DNA of 48,119 bases from a bacterium (lineage in GTDB: Bacteria > Bacteroidota > Bacteroidia > Bacteroidales > Bacteroidaceae), in assembly GCA_963601815.1 (NCBI GenBank), contig CAVCGV010000001.1, positions 1-48,119 of the forward strand, given 5' to 3'. Each line of letters opens with the position of its first letter. Within the stretch, counting starts at the first letter, position 1. Under the pieces are notes generated by a model, which worked only from the letters and a program-made list of their open reading frames with translations, had not been told where the DNA came from and did not search any database. The position numbers and the translations under genes are program-made. Shown here piece after piece: positions 33,013-42,766 of the stretch.

Positions 33013-33104
33013 GTGAAGAGTGAAGAACGAAGAATCCTATAGCTTATAGGCCGCAAGGCACTTGAATTCTTCGTTCTTCGTTCATCAGTCTTATCTCTTC
33101 ACTT
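33011..33104. repeat. Branched fold-back of GAAGA(A/G)-type repeats between convergent genes
   Basis: 33011-33020 pairs with 33095-33104 and 33022-33035 pairs with 33066-33079. Confidence 0.75.
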
Positions 33105-34653
33105 AAAAATTGATATCAAGACCTACGGCGAACACGTTGTTGTTACGGCTATAGTCTGAATTGTAGGTAACGTTGGTAGAGCCAAGGTTCACATTCTTCT
33201 CCGTCTTCTTATGCTGATAGAACGTACGGAAGTAAGCCACGCTCAAGTCCATCTTCTTGCTGATGTGATAAACTCCACCGATGGCAGCAGAATTGGAACT
33301 TGTCACAAACGACTTGTCATCCATGTACTCGTCGCTCAAACCATAGTTGGTACTCTGCCAACCAGTACTGAGCGTTACCTTCTTGCATACATCCACCTCT
33401 ACACCTGCATTATACTCCAAGGTTCCACGCTTCAACAACTTGTTACGATTATTGTAAGAAGTGGCATTCTTGTCATCGAAGAAGTGGAAGCCCACATTGA
33501 TGCGAACTGCGTCCACAGGACTGTAGCCTGCACCGATGGTCAGATAAGCAGGAATATCGGCAGCTATCTTCTTGCCATCCTCGTATTCACCCAAAGCCTC
33601 ATCAATCTTCGTATCGAACTGAGTCTTCAAAGTAAGCATGGCACCCTGTACGGCTTGATTGCCAAGCACCTGTTGTGCCATCTGCTCGGGAACACCTGCA
33701 GCTACATACGCATTGCGCAGATTGTCGGCAAGGTTACCGATACTCGGTATCTGGTTAACCGACTTGTTCTTCAAGCGCATACGTGTCTTAAACTCATATT
33801 TGGCTGAGAAATTCCATCGTCCTGTCTTGAAGTCGACACCGATGATGGGCGTAAAACCGATACCACTCTGGTCGCAACTCAATTCTATGTTGGCGGCATT
33901 CTCCTTAGTGGGGTCGAGCACTTGGTAGAGCGGCATGTTGCCCACCTTGATATTCTTTACATATCCATAATAGTTGCAGGAACCATATACGCCTCGCACA
34001 CCCACGAAGGCACTGAAATGTTCGTTTACCTTGTAGGCTGCGCCGAGCGACAAGCCATAGTAGTACTGGCGACCGTGCATATAGCTCTCATAGCTGTATT
34101 TGCCGTCCTTACCAAAGCGCTGGTCGGTAGAGAAAGCTGCAGGAAGATTATAGAGGGCAGCCACCTGGTCAACACCCTGAGCCAACTGGCATGCACCTAT
34201 TGCCGTTTCTGCCACTATCTTCTCGAAGGAACCCAAACCATTGTCAAAGGTACATTTGCCACCACCACCGGTGAGGGCGAAGTTTCCCTGAAAAGACCAC
34301 TTACCTTTATTATATGCATACTGGAAGGAAGGGATTACGGGAGCAAAAGCCTTTCCCTTGAATGTACGGGGCGTGGTAGGGTCATTCACATTGTTGGTAA
34401 ACAGCGGATAGTCGTTCTCTATCGTACGGCTCTGGAAAGCCAACTGCCAGTTGATGGACAGATGATGTCCCTCATTCATAAATACGACACCTGCCGGATT
34501 GTAATACACACCGTCAATACCTATCGAAGCCTCACGGCTCATCATTCTGTTGAATGCTACGTTTTGGTTTGTGTTGGTGAGCAAGCCACCTGCAAAGGTT
34601 GGTGCTGCACAAGCCATCGCCATGGCAACACAAGCTACTAATTGTTTCTTCAT
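33103..34653 (-). CDS. OmpP1/FadL-like outer membrane transporter
   Basis: Signal peptide, GGLLTNTNQN, YYNPAG, terminal Phe; promoter TACCTTTG at 34681-34688 supports ATG 34653. Confidence 0.8.
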   Translation of the reverse strand: MKKQLVACVAMAMACAAPTFAGGLLTNTNQNVAFNRMMSREASIGIDGVYYNPAGVVFMNEGHHLSINWQLAFQSRTIENDYPLFTNNVNDPTTPRTFKGKAFAPVIPSFQYAYNKGKWSFQGNFALTGGGGKCTFDNGLGSFEKIVAETAIGACQLAQGVDQVAALYNLPAAFSTDQRFGKDGKYSYESYMHGRQYYYGLSLGAAYKVNEHFSAFVGVRGVYGSCNYYGYVKNIKVGNMPLYQVLDPTKENAANIELSCDQSGIGFTPIIGVDFKTGRWNFSAKYEFKTRMRLKNKSVNQIPSIGNLADNLRNAYVAAGVPEQMAQQVLGNQAVQGAMLTLKTQFDTKIDEALGEYEDGKKIAADIPAYLTIGAGYSPVDAVRINVGFHFFDDKNATSYNNRNKLLKRGTLEYNAGVEVDVCKKVTLSTGWQSTNYGLSDEYMDDKSFVTSSNSAAIGGVYHISKKMDLSVAYFRTFYQHKKTEKNVNLGSTNVTYNSDYSRNNNVFAVGLDINF

Positions 34654-34911
34654 TTTTATAATTTTAAGCAAAAACGTCCGCAAAGGTAACACGAATGTTC
34701 TATTTCTCTACTCTTTCGTCTTGGTATTTAATATATATTAACCAGAAAACCGCGCACTATTGCACAGTTTCCAAAATATGTGCAACAAGTTTCCTTGTAT
34801 GTTTGCTATTCAAAACGAAGGACAAGACACGCCATTCTGCCAGCGAAAAATGGTTAGGAGCTATAGCTAAGTAAAAGCACACAGCTCTTTGAAGGATATT
34901 TAGAACCCGCC

Positions 34912-34960
34912 ATAATAGCACAAAGGCGATGCAATTACTGCATCGCCTTTGTGCTATTAT
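34912..34960. repeat. Perfect 22-bp inverted repeat centred on the HD-gene stop codon
   Basis: 34912-34933 is the exact reverse complement of 34939-34960; 5-nt loop. Confidence 0.9.
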
Positions 34961-37004
34961 TTAGATTGGGATAAGAAATCCTCGTGTGGTAAATGGACTT
35001 GAGACGGTCTATGAGCACCACTTTCGCCTGTGCGATGTCGCGGAACGTGATAGGACATTCTTTGAAGAACCCATCCGTCACCTGTCCATCTATCAACCGG
35101 TCTATGAGTTGGCTGATACTCTCCTCGGTATACTCCTTCAGCGAGCGCGATGCCGCCTCCACCGTGTCTGCCATCATCAGGATGGCCTGCTCACGTGTAA
35201 AGGGGTTGGGGCCCGGATACTGAAAGTTTTCCTTGTCCACCTCCTCACCAGGATGTGCATTACAATAATTGATGTAGAAGAACTTGGTGAGGCCTCTTCC
35301 GTGATGGGTAGAGATGAAGTCCTTGATAATGCCGGGCAGGTTGAACTTCTCTGCCAGTTTCAGACCTTCAGACACATGACTGATAATAACCTGCGCACTC
35401 TCCACATCCGTCAGCTGGTCGTGCGGATTCACTCCTGCCTGGTTCTCTGTAAAGAATACGGGGTTTGACATCTTCCCCACATCGTGATAGAGGGCACCGG
35501 TACGCACCAGCAAGCTGTTGGCGCCTATGCGGTTGGCTATTTCCGAAGCCAGGTTACCCACGGTAATGGAGTGCTGGAAGGTTCCGGGAGCTATCTCGCT
35601 CAAGTTACGAAGCAGTCCCTTGTTGGTATTGGACAGTTCGAAAAGCGTCACGTTCGACACGAATCCGAAGAGTTTCTCTATGAGATACATGAGCGGATAC
35701 GAGAGGAGGAGCAGTATGCCGTTGATGACAAAATAGGAGTACATGTTGGGGTCTATGTTGAATACCTGGTTGTACTGCATCAGCTGGATGGCTAAGTACA
35801 CCACACAACTTGTCAACGTCACGAGCAGAGCAGTAAGCAGTATCTGCGACCGCTTGCTCAGTTCTCTCAGGGTATATATGGCAACAAGTCCCGAAGCCAA
35901 TTGCACGATGATGAACTCATATTGGTACTTTACCGCCTCAGCGCATATCAGCACCATCGTAACATGGGTAATGAATGCCGTACGCGAATCCATGAACACC
36001 CGCACAAAGATGGCCGCCATGGCAAAGGGCAGGACATAGACGCTGAAGAAGTTGTGCTTCATCATGAGCGACACGAGTATCGGGAAGAGTGTCACCATAG
36101 AGTAAAGCATGGTAAGCGAGCGCGGCTTTTCAAAATAGTCTTTCCTGAAGAGCGACAGGTAGGACGTGAAGAGCATGACAAGGATGGCGGTAAAGAGCAC
36201 CTGTCCGATGACCGTAGTACGCATTTCTTCCTCGGTGGCGGCACGCCGCTTGTTCTCCTTATCGAAAGAGGCAAGTACCCTGTACGTATAGTCGGTTATC
36301 ACTTCTCCCCTATCCACTATTTTCTGTCCGCTCATCACCATGCCGCTTGCCAAGGGAATGCTACTCAATAGGTCGTTTTTCTCCGTCTCGCTCTTTTCCC
36401 TGTCGTAGAGTATGTTCGCCTCGACATAGTTGTTGAGGTTACAGCGCGACAGCAAGGGGCGTATGCTTGCCAGCTTCTCGTTGGCGAAGATGTGCTCGTA
36501 GGCGGCAATGGTAGAATAGTAGCTGTTTACCGGAACGCTCCGCGCACTCTTGTCGCTCACTATCCTTATCATACTGGTAGAGTCCTTGTAGATATTGTTG
36601 TACTCCGGGGTATTGATGATACCGGTCTGGTACACTTCGTGCAACTGGGCAACGATGGCGTTTACATATTCCTCGGGCAGGTTGGGCAGGTTCTGCTTGT
36701 AGTCATTGAGAAAGCGGTCCACCTGTTTCTGTTCCACGGTAGGCGAGAGTGAGTAATAGGGCTGGAAAGCCTTCAGCAGCGAATCCTGCTCATGCTTGAT
36801 GGTCTGCTCTGTCTTATAGATAGGAAAATCGAATGTGGCAATCACCGAACTGTACATCCATGGTTTGCCGATGTCGTAGCGGTACATCCTGCTCTCGTTA
36901 CGGGGCAGAAACCACACGATGACGGACACGGCGATGCACACGAGCATTGCCCGGGTGGCGAGGTTGCGCCAGTAGTTCTCTTGAGGATTATTGAATATGC
37001 TCAT
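34935..37004 (-). CDS. 7TM-HD family phosphohydrolase (PgpH-like architecture)
   Basis: APGTFQHS, LYHDVGK, HHG, YPGP, MMADTVEAASRS; extracellular domain plus multi-TM region. Confidence 0.9.
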   Translation of the reverse strand: MSIFNNPQENYWRNLATRAMLVCIAVSVIVWFLPRNESRMYRYDIGKPWMYSSVIATFDFPIYKTEQTIKHEQDSLLKAFQPYYSLSPTVEQKQVDRFLNDYKQNLPNLPEEYVNAIVAQLHEVYQTGIINTPEYNNIYKDSTSMIRIVSDKSARSVPVNSYYSTIAAYEHIFANEKLASIRPLLSRCNLNNYVEANILYDREKSETEKNDLLSSIPLASGMVMSGQKIVDRGEVITDYTYRVLASFDKENKRRAATEEEMRTTVIGQVLFTAILVMLFTSYLSLFRKDYFEKPRSLTMLYSMVTLFPILVSLMMKHNFFSVYVLPFAMAAIFVRVFMDSRTAFITHVTMVLICAEAVKYQYEFIIVQLASGLVAIYTLRELSKRSQILLTALLVTLTSCVVYLAIQLMQYNQVFNIDPNMYSYFVINGILLLLSYPLMYLIEKLFGFVSNVTLFELSNTNKGLLRNLSEIAPGTFQHSITVGNLASEIANRIGANSLLVRTGALYHDVGKMSNPVFFTENQAGVNPHDQLTDVESAQVIISHVSEGLKLAEKFNLPGIIKDFISTHHGRGLTKFFYINYCNAHPGEEVDKENFQYPGPNPFTREQAILMMADTVEAASRSLKEYTEESISQLIDRLIDGQVTDGFFKECPITFRDIAQAKVVLIDRLKSIYHTRISYPNLNNSTKAMQ

Positions 37005-37121
37005 TATGTCTTGTTAATGCAAATAACACTTTCCAACTGCGAAAATACGAAAAAAACGTCTATAATCACAAAAAAAAATGTAAATTTGCAGAAAATTTAG
37101 AAAACAGCTATAATAAAAGAC

Positions 37122-38639
37122 ATGGCAGACAGAAAAGTTAGAGTGCGTTTCGCACCCAGTCCTACAGGTGCTTTGCACATTGGCGGCGTACGCACCGCCC
37201 TCTATAATTATTTGTTCGCGCGCCAGCATGGCGGCGACCTTGTGTTCCGTATCGAGGATACCGACTCCCATCGTTTCGTGCCCGGTGCAGAGGAATACAT
37301 CCTGGAATCCTTCAAGTGGCTCGGCATCCAGTTCGACGAGGGTGTGAGTTTCGGTGGCGACCATGGTCCCTATCGTCAGAGCGAGCGCCGCGATATCTAT
37401 AAGCAGTATGTACAGCAGCTCCTCGACAACGGCAAGGCTTACATCGCCTTCGATACGCCTGAGGAACTGGAGGCCAAGCGTGGCGAGATACAGAACTTCC
37501 AGTACGACGCCCATACCCGTATGCAGATGCGCAACTCGTTGACGCTTCCCAAGGAGGAGGTAGACCAGCTCATCGCCGACGGCCAGCAGTACACCGTACG
37601 CTTCAAGATAGAACCGGGCGAAGAGATTCACGTCAACGACCTGATTCGTGGCGACGTGAAGGTGATGAGCGACATTCTCGACGACAAGGTGCTCTACAAG
37701 AGTGCCGACGAGTTGCCTACCTATCACCTCGCCAATATCGTGGACGACCACCTGATGGAAATCTCCCACGTCATACGTGGCGAGGAGTGGTTGCCCAGTG
37801 CCCCCTTGCACGTACTTCTTTACAAGGCATTCGGCTGGGAGGACACCATGCCTCGTTTCGCCCACCTTCCTTTGCTGCTCAAGCCTGAGGGAAAGGGCAA
37901 GCTCTCCAAGCGCGACGGCGACCGTCTCGGTTTCCCAGTGTTCCCCTTGGAGTGGCACGACCCCAAGACAGGCGAGGTTTCTTCGGGCTACCGTGAGAGC
38001 GGCTACTTCCCCGAGGCTGTGGTCAACTTCCTGGCTCTTCTGGGCTGGAATCCCGGCACAGAACAGGAAATCTTCTCGCTCGACGAACTGGTAAAGGCAT
38101 TCGACATCTCACGCTGCTCCAAGGCTGGTGCCAAGTTCGACTTCAAGAAAGGCATCTGGTTCAACCACGAATATATTCTCATGAAGAACGATGACGAGAT
38201 AGCCCACCTCTTTGCCCCCATCGTGGCAAACAACGGTGTGGAGGAAAGTCTCGACCGCGTAAAGCAGGTGGTACACATGATGAAGGACCGCGTCAACTTC
38301 GTCTACGAGTTGTGGCCCCTCTGCTCGTTCTTCTTCCTTCCTCCAACATCGTACGACGAGAAGACGGTGAAGAAGCGCTGGAAGGAATATTCCGCACAGC
38401 AGATGACGGAGCTTGCCGATGTGCTGGAAGGCATCGAGGACTTCTCCATCGAGGGACAGGAGCCTGTCGTGATGAAATGGGTGGAGGACAAGGGCTACAA
38501 GCTCGGCGACGTAATGAACGCCTTCCGTCTCACGCTCGTGGGCGAGGGCAAGGGTCCCGGCATGTTCGACATCTCGGCATTCCTCGGCAAGGAGGAAACC
38601 TTGACACGCCTGCGTAAGGCGATAGAGGTGCTGGGATAA
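37122..38639 (+). CDS. gltX: Glutamate--tRNA ligase
   Basis: [23 protein letters not shown]. Confidence 0.98.
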   Translation: MADRKVRVRFAPSPTGALHIGGVRTALYNYLFARQHGGDLVFRIEDTDSHRFVPGAEEYILESFKWLGIQFDEGVSFGGDHGPYRQSERRDIYKQYVQQLLDNGKAYIAFDTPEELEAKRGEIQNFQYDAHTRMQMRNSLTLPKEEVDQLIADGQQYTVRFKIEPGEEIHVNDLIRGDVKVMSDILDDKVLYKSADELPTYHLANIVDDHLMEISHVIRGEEWLPSAPLHVLLYKAFGWEDTMPRFAHLPLLLKPEGKGKLSKRDGDRLGFPVFPLEWHDPKTGEVSSGYRESGYFPEAVVNFLALLGWNPGTEQEIFSLDELVKAFDISRCSKAGAKFDFKKGIWFNHEYILMKNDDEIAHLFAPIVANNGVEESLDRVKQVVHMMKDRVNFVYELWPLCSFFFLPPTSYDEKTVKKRWKEYSAQQMTELADVLEGIEDFSIEGQEPVVMKWVEDKGYKLGDVMNAFRLTLVGEGKGPGMFDISAFLGKEETLTRLRKAIEVLG

Positions 38640-38724
38640 TTCATGGAATTTAAGGGCTTCGGAAATTTATAGAAGTTAGTAATGATAAAAAATAGGTTGG
38701 TAAAATTCGACTTCAATATCATAG

Positions 38725-38982
38725 GTCAAGAATTGGAGAATTAAAGATTTTTCCCAATATCTGGAAAAGATAGAATTACGGAAAGGCTTGACAAGTCGAG
38801 CCGAAGATCTTGGAATTCTTAGTAATTCCTAACAAAGAGACATTCTACAATTCTCTATTTCTTGACATTTGAATAATACCAACTTGTTTTTCGCCTTACT
38901 TAAGGGAAGTTAAGGGACAAATGCCTATTTGCCAAATGGCAGTTGACGTGTTTAGTAAAAAAATGTGTCCCTCAACTTCCCT
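38725..38982. repeat. Two intergenic fold-back elements
   Basis: Inverted repeats 38725-38742/38849-38866 (16/18) and 38903-38919/38966-38982 (16/17). Confidence 0.7.
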
Positions 38983-39044
38983 AACAACCATAGGGGGTGA
39001 CAACTTCCCTCTACTTCTTCGGATTTCCCCATAAAACACAACCG

Positions 39045-40346
39045 ATGATTTACAATATCGTCATTTATTTCGTCCTCTGGGGCATTGCCATAGCCAGCCT
39101 TTTCAATGAGAAGGTGCGCAAGATGTGGCGAGGAGAGCGCGAAGCCTTCAAGATACTCCGGCAGAAGGTGGACCCTACAGCCAGGTATATATGGTTTCAT
39201 GCCGCCTCTTTGGGCGAGTTCGAACAGGGCAGACCTCTGATGGAACGCATACGCAAGGAGCACCCTCAGTACAAGATACTGCTCACTTTCTATTCGCCCT
39301 CGGGCTATGAGGTGCGCAAAAACTACGAGGGTGCCGACATCATCTGCTACATGCCTGTAGACACGCGCCTCAACGCCATACGCTTTCTCCGTCTGGTACA
39401 CCCGGCGATGGCTTTCTTCATCAAGTATGAGTTCTGGAGCAATTTTCTACATATCCTCAAGCATCGCGGCATCCCCACCTATAGCGTGAGCAGCATCTTC
39501 CGTCCCGACCAGGTATTCTTCAAGTGGTATGGCCGCAGCTATGCGGGCGTATTGAAGTGCTTCACCCATTTCTTCGTACAGAACGAAGAGAGCAAACAGC
39601 TGCTACAGGGCATAGGCATTACGAATGTAGACGTAGTGGGCGACACGCGCTTCGATCGTGTGTTGCAGATTAAGGAAGCGGCTAAAGACCTGCCTGTATG
39701 CGAGGCTTTCCGAAAGGGTAACGCAGATGTCACAACGGGCGACAAACCTGATGCCACAACGGGCAAAGCCGTTTCCGGAGCATCGTTACCGAAAGACGAG
39801 CACAAAGTCTTTGTAGCCGGCAGTTCGTGGCCTCCCGACGAAGACATTTTCCTCCGTTATTTCAACGAGCATCCCGACTGGCGGCTCATCATCGCCCCGC
39901 ACGTTATCGGCGAGGACCACCTGCTGCAGATTGTCTCTAAGATAAAGGATAAGAAAGTGGTGCGCTACACGCAGACTTCTGCCGAGGAGGCAGCAACGGC
40001 CGATGTCCTCATCATCGACTGTTTCGGTCTTTTGAGCAGCATGTACCGCTATGGCGATGTGGCGTATGTGGGCGGAGGCTTCGGTGTCGGCATCCACAAC
40101 ACGTTAGAGGCTGCCGTATGGAACATGCCCGTTATCTTCGGCCCCAACAACAAACGGTTCCAGGAGGCACAGGGGTTATTGCAGAAGGGCGGCGGACTGG
40201 AGATAGTCGACTACGACAGTTTTGCCAACACCATGGCTCGACTTGCCGACCCTGCCGCCCTGAAGAGGGCGGGCAAGAATGCCGGCGACTTCGTGGCAAG
40301 CCTTTCGGGCGCTACCGCCAAGGTACTGGCAAAAGCCAAGTTTTAG
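39045..40346 (+). CDS. waaA: 3-deoxy-D-manno-octulosonic acid (Kdo) transferase
   Basis: WFHAASLGEFEQ, GDTRFDRV, AGSSW, YVGGGF, HNTLEAA, FGPN. Confidence 0.95.
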   Translation: MIYNIVIYFVLWGIAIASLFNEKVRKMWRGEREAFKILRQKVDPTARYIWFHAASLGEFEQGRPLMERIRKEHPQYKILLTFYSPSGYEVRKNYEGADIICYMPVDTRLNAIRFLRLVHPAMAFFIKYEFWSNFLHILKHRGIPTYSVSSIFRPDQVFFKWYGRSYAGVLKCFTHFFVQNEESKQLLQGIGITNVDVVGDTRFDRVLQIKEAAKDLPVCEAFRKGNADVTTGDKPDATTGKAVSGASLPKDEHKVFVAGSSWPPDEDIFLRYFNEHPDWRLIIAPHVIGEDHLLQIVSKIKDKKVVRYTQTSAEEAATADVLIIDCFGLLSSMYRYGDVAYVGGGFGVGIHNTLEAAVWNMPVIFGPNNKRFQEAQGLLQKGGGLEIVDYDSFANTMARLADPAALKRAGKNAGDFVASLSGATAKVLAKAKF

Positions 40347-41806
40347 AACTGATAATAGATAAACGGTTGTACGCTCTCTTGCGCCATCTCCACCACCAAC
40401 TGGAGGCAGACGACAAAGAGCAGCAGTTTTACAACCCACGGCAAACAGATGAAGCGCAGCTGCAACCTCTTGTAGCTGCGCTCATTTATTAAGTAGCTCA
40501 GCATGACGCCCACCACGCAGAGCGTCCACGGCAGGCGCGCATGGAGGAAGGGTACGAGGTAGTCTGCACTGAAGTCGTGCGCCACCTTGCCGAACATCTG
40601 TCCGAGCACCTGCAGGTCTTTCGCCCTGAAGAATGCCCATGCAAAACACACATACGAATAGGTAAGTACCCAACTAACGGCATTGCCCGCCACGCCACCG
40701 GGTATCTTCAGCCCCAATTGTCGGCTGAAGAACTTGTGTACCACCAGCCCCAATCCGTGCAACGCACCCCATACCACGAACATCCATGATGCCCCGTGCC
40801 ACAGTCCGGCTACCAGCATGGTAAGGAAGTTGTTCAGGTACATGCGCACCGTACCCTTGCGGTTGCCGCCCAGGGGTATGTACAAATAGTCGCGGAACCA
40901 GAACGAGAGCGAGATGTGCCAACGTCTCCAGAACTCCGTTACGGACAGCGACCTGTAGGGGAAATAGAAGTTGTCGGGCAAACAGAAACCCATCATCGAA
41001 GCCACCCCGATACTCATGTCGCTGTAACCGGAGAAGTCGAGGAATATCTGTACGGGGTAGCCCAGGAGGGCAGCCATGTTTTCGAAGCCCGAGAAGGTCT
41101 GCGGTGCATCGAAAACCCAGTTGTCAAACTGCGCGATATAGTCGCTCAGTATGTTCTTCTTTATCAGTCCCAGCATGACGAGGAAGAGTCCGGTCCATAG
41201 CATGCGACTTGAAGCCTGCTGGTTACGGCGCAGGCGCGGAATAAGGTGCTGCGCCCTTGTGATGGGACCCGCCATCAGCAGGGGGAAGAAGGTAAGGTAA
41301 AAGCAGTATTCCAGAAGCGTCACGTCCATCGTAAACTTGCGCCGATAGGTGTCCACGGCATAGCTGATGGCCTGGAACGTATAGAACGAGATGCCTACGG
41401 GCAGGGCTATCGCCTGCAGCGAGAAGTTAGTATGCAGGATGGTATCCAGAACGTCTCCTATAATGAAGTTCGTATACTTGAAATACCCTAACAGCAGGAG
41501 GTCTATCACCACCGTTACGGTGAGCAAAGCCTTGCGTGCCCTACCCTCCCTCAGACGCATTTCCTGCGTCAGGGCATAGTTGGCTACCGCCGTCAGGGGC
41601 AACATCCACATCACGGCTCCGTTGGCCTTGTAGGCAAAGAAGAGTCCGAAGGCTATGACGTATAGCATCATGGCGGTCCGCGACACACTGCGTATGATGG
41701 CGTAGAGCGTCAGAAACACCACAAAGAGGACGGCAAAGGGAATACTGCCCATCATCAGCGGTGCATCTGGCTGGTAGGCAAAGAATTCGTTGAGTATAGA
41801 GAGCAT
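40343..41806 (-). CDS. MBOAT O-acyltransferase (AlgI/PatA/DltB-like)
   Basis: LPVGISFYTFQ, DFSGYSD, FWRRWHISLS, GLWHG; stop overlaps waaA stop. Confidence 0.95.
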   Translation of the reverse strand: MLSILNEFFAYQPDAPLMMGSIPFAVLFVVFLTLYAIIRSVSRTAMMLYVIAFGLFFAYKANGAVMWMLPLTAVANYALTQEMRLREGRARKALLTVTVVIDLLLLGYFKYTNFIIGDVLDTILHTNFSLQAIALPVGISFYTFQAISYAVDTYRRKFTMDVTLLEYCFYLTFFPLLMAGPITRAQHLIPRLRRNQQASSRMLWTGLFLVMLGLIKKNILSDYIAQFDNWVFDAPQTFSGFENMAALLGYPVQIFLDFSGYSDMSIGVASMMGFCLPDNFYFPYRSLSVTEFWRRWHISLSFWFRDYLYIPLGGNRKGTVRMYLNNFLTMLVAGLWHGASWMFVVWGALHGLGLVVHKFFSRQLGLKIPGGVAGNAVSWVLTYSYVCFAWAFFRAKDLQVLGQMFGKVAHDFSADYLVPFLHARLPWTLCVVGVMLSYLINERSYKRLQLRFICLPWVVKLLLFVVCLQLVVEMAQESVQPFIYYQF

Positions 41807-41809
41807 CGT

Positions 41810-42709
41810 TTATTCCGTGAGTTTCGTTTGTTCGTTTCTGTTGTCCGGCTCTTGTTTCTCGGCCGCCGGCATTGTGTTTTCTTCGTGCACAGGCTTGTGC
41901 TGGGTGGTTGCAGTTGAGTCTTTCGCTGCATTCGTTCCCTCTTTGCCCTTAGCCTTTGTTCCCGGCGGCAGGATAGTTACCTGGCGGTAGTGGCGGTTGC
42001 GCTTTTCGGGCATCTCCAGTCGGAAGGGATGACTTGCCTGTCCGCTGTTCATCCACTTTATGATTGCATCCATCCACATGGTGGAAGAGGCTCGTGTGGG
42101 ATGGCGTCCGTCCGCCAGGCGTTCAAAGGTAAGCTTGTAGCTGGGGAAGTATCTCTTGGGCCCCATTATCTGCAACAGCAGTTTGTTGTACCCCTTGTCC
42201 TCACACCAGTTGGGCGGTCCTATCCATGTGGTGGGTATGTCGCCTATCTTGTCAAGGATTGTACGTATGCGCTTCTCGCAGGCTTTCATGTCGGCTGTAT
42301 ACAATTCGTTGCTTCCGAGGCAAACGAACACGTGCGTGGGCATTACGGTCTGTATATAGTGGTCGAGGGTGTCTGTCTCCGACCAGTTGCGTGTACTGGA
42401 GCTTACCCACGTCACACAGGTAAGCTGATGTCCGTTCTTGTTGGCATAATCGGCAAGGCGCAATGCCAGGTCTTCCGACATGGAGTCGCCGAAGAGCAGC
42501 ACCCTCTGCCGGGTGGTGTCCACGGGTTCTGTCATTACCGTGTCTGTATCTGCCACGGTGTCCGTTGCCTCTCCCTGGTCTGTTACGTCCGACAGTTCCA
42601 CCTGCTTAAGGGGTATGTTTTCCGCCACGTCGGACGGCACCAGAGCATACAACAGCAATGCTGCTATGGCTATAGACAACAAGGCTGTCAGTTTCCACGT
42701 TTCTTTCAC
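41810..42709 (-). CDS. Membrane-anchored SGNH hydrolase-like protein
   Basis: N-terminal TM, GDS block I, GSNE block III, DGRH block V; GTG start. Confidence 0.85.
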   Translation of the reverse strand: MKETWKLTALLSIAIAALLLYALVPSDVAENIPLKQVELSDVTDQGEATDTVADTDTVMTEPVDTTRQRVLLFGDSMSEDLALRLADYANKNGHQLTCVTWVSSSTRNWSETDTLDHYIQTVMPTHVFVCLGSNELYTADMKACEKRIRTILDKIGDIPTTWIGPPNWCEDKGYNKLLLQIMGPKRYFPSYKLTFERLADGRHPTRASSTMWMDAIIKWMNSGQASHPFRLEMPEKRNRHYRQVTILPPGTKAKGKEGTNAAKDSTATTQHKPVHEENTMPAAEKQEPDNRNEQTKLTE

Positions 42710-42766
42710 TTTTTATTCTGTTCTTTCTTTTATTCTACTTACGGGAGTACCTCCCTCGGACTTTCT

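Noticed and set aside
34760..34785. TTGCACA-N12-TGTGCAA inverted repeat upstream of the FadL-like gene
   Set aside because: Could be an operator, but 7-bp arms seen once are too weak to call
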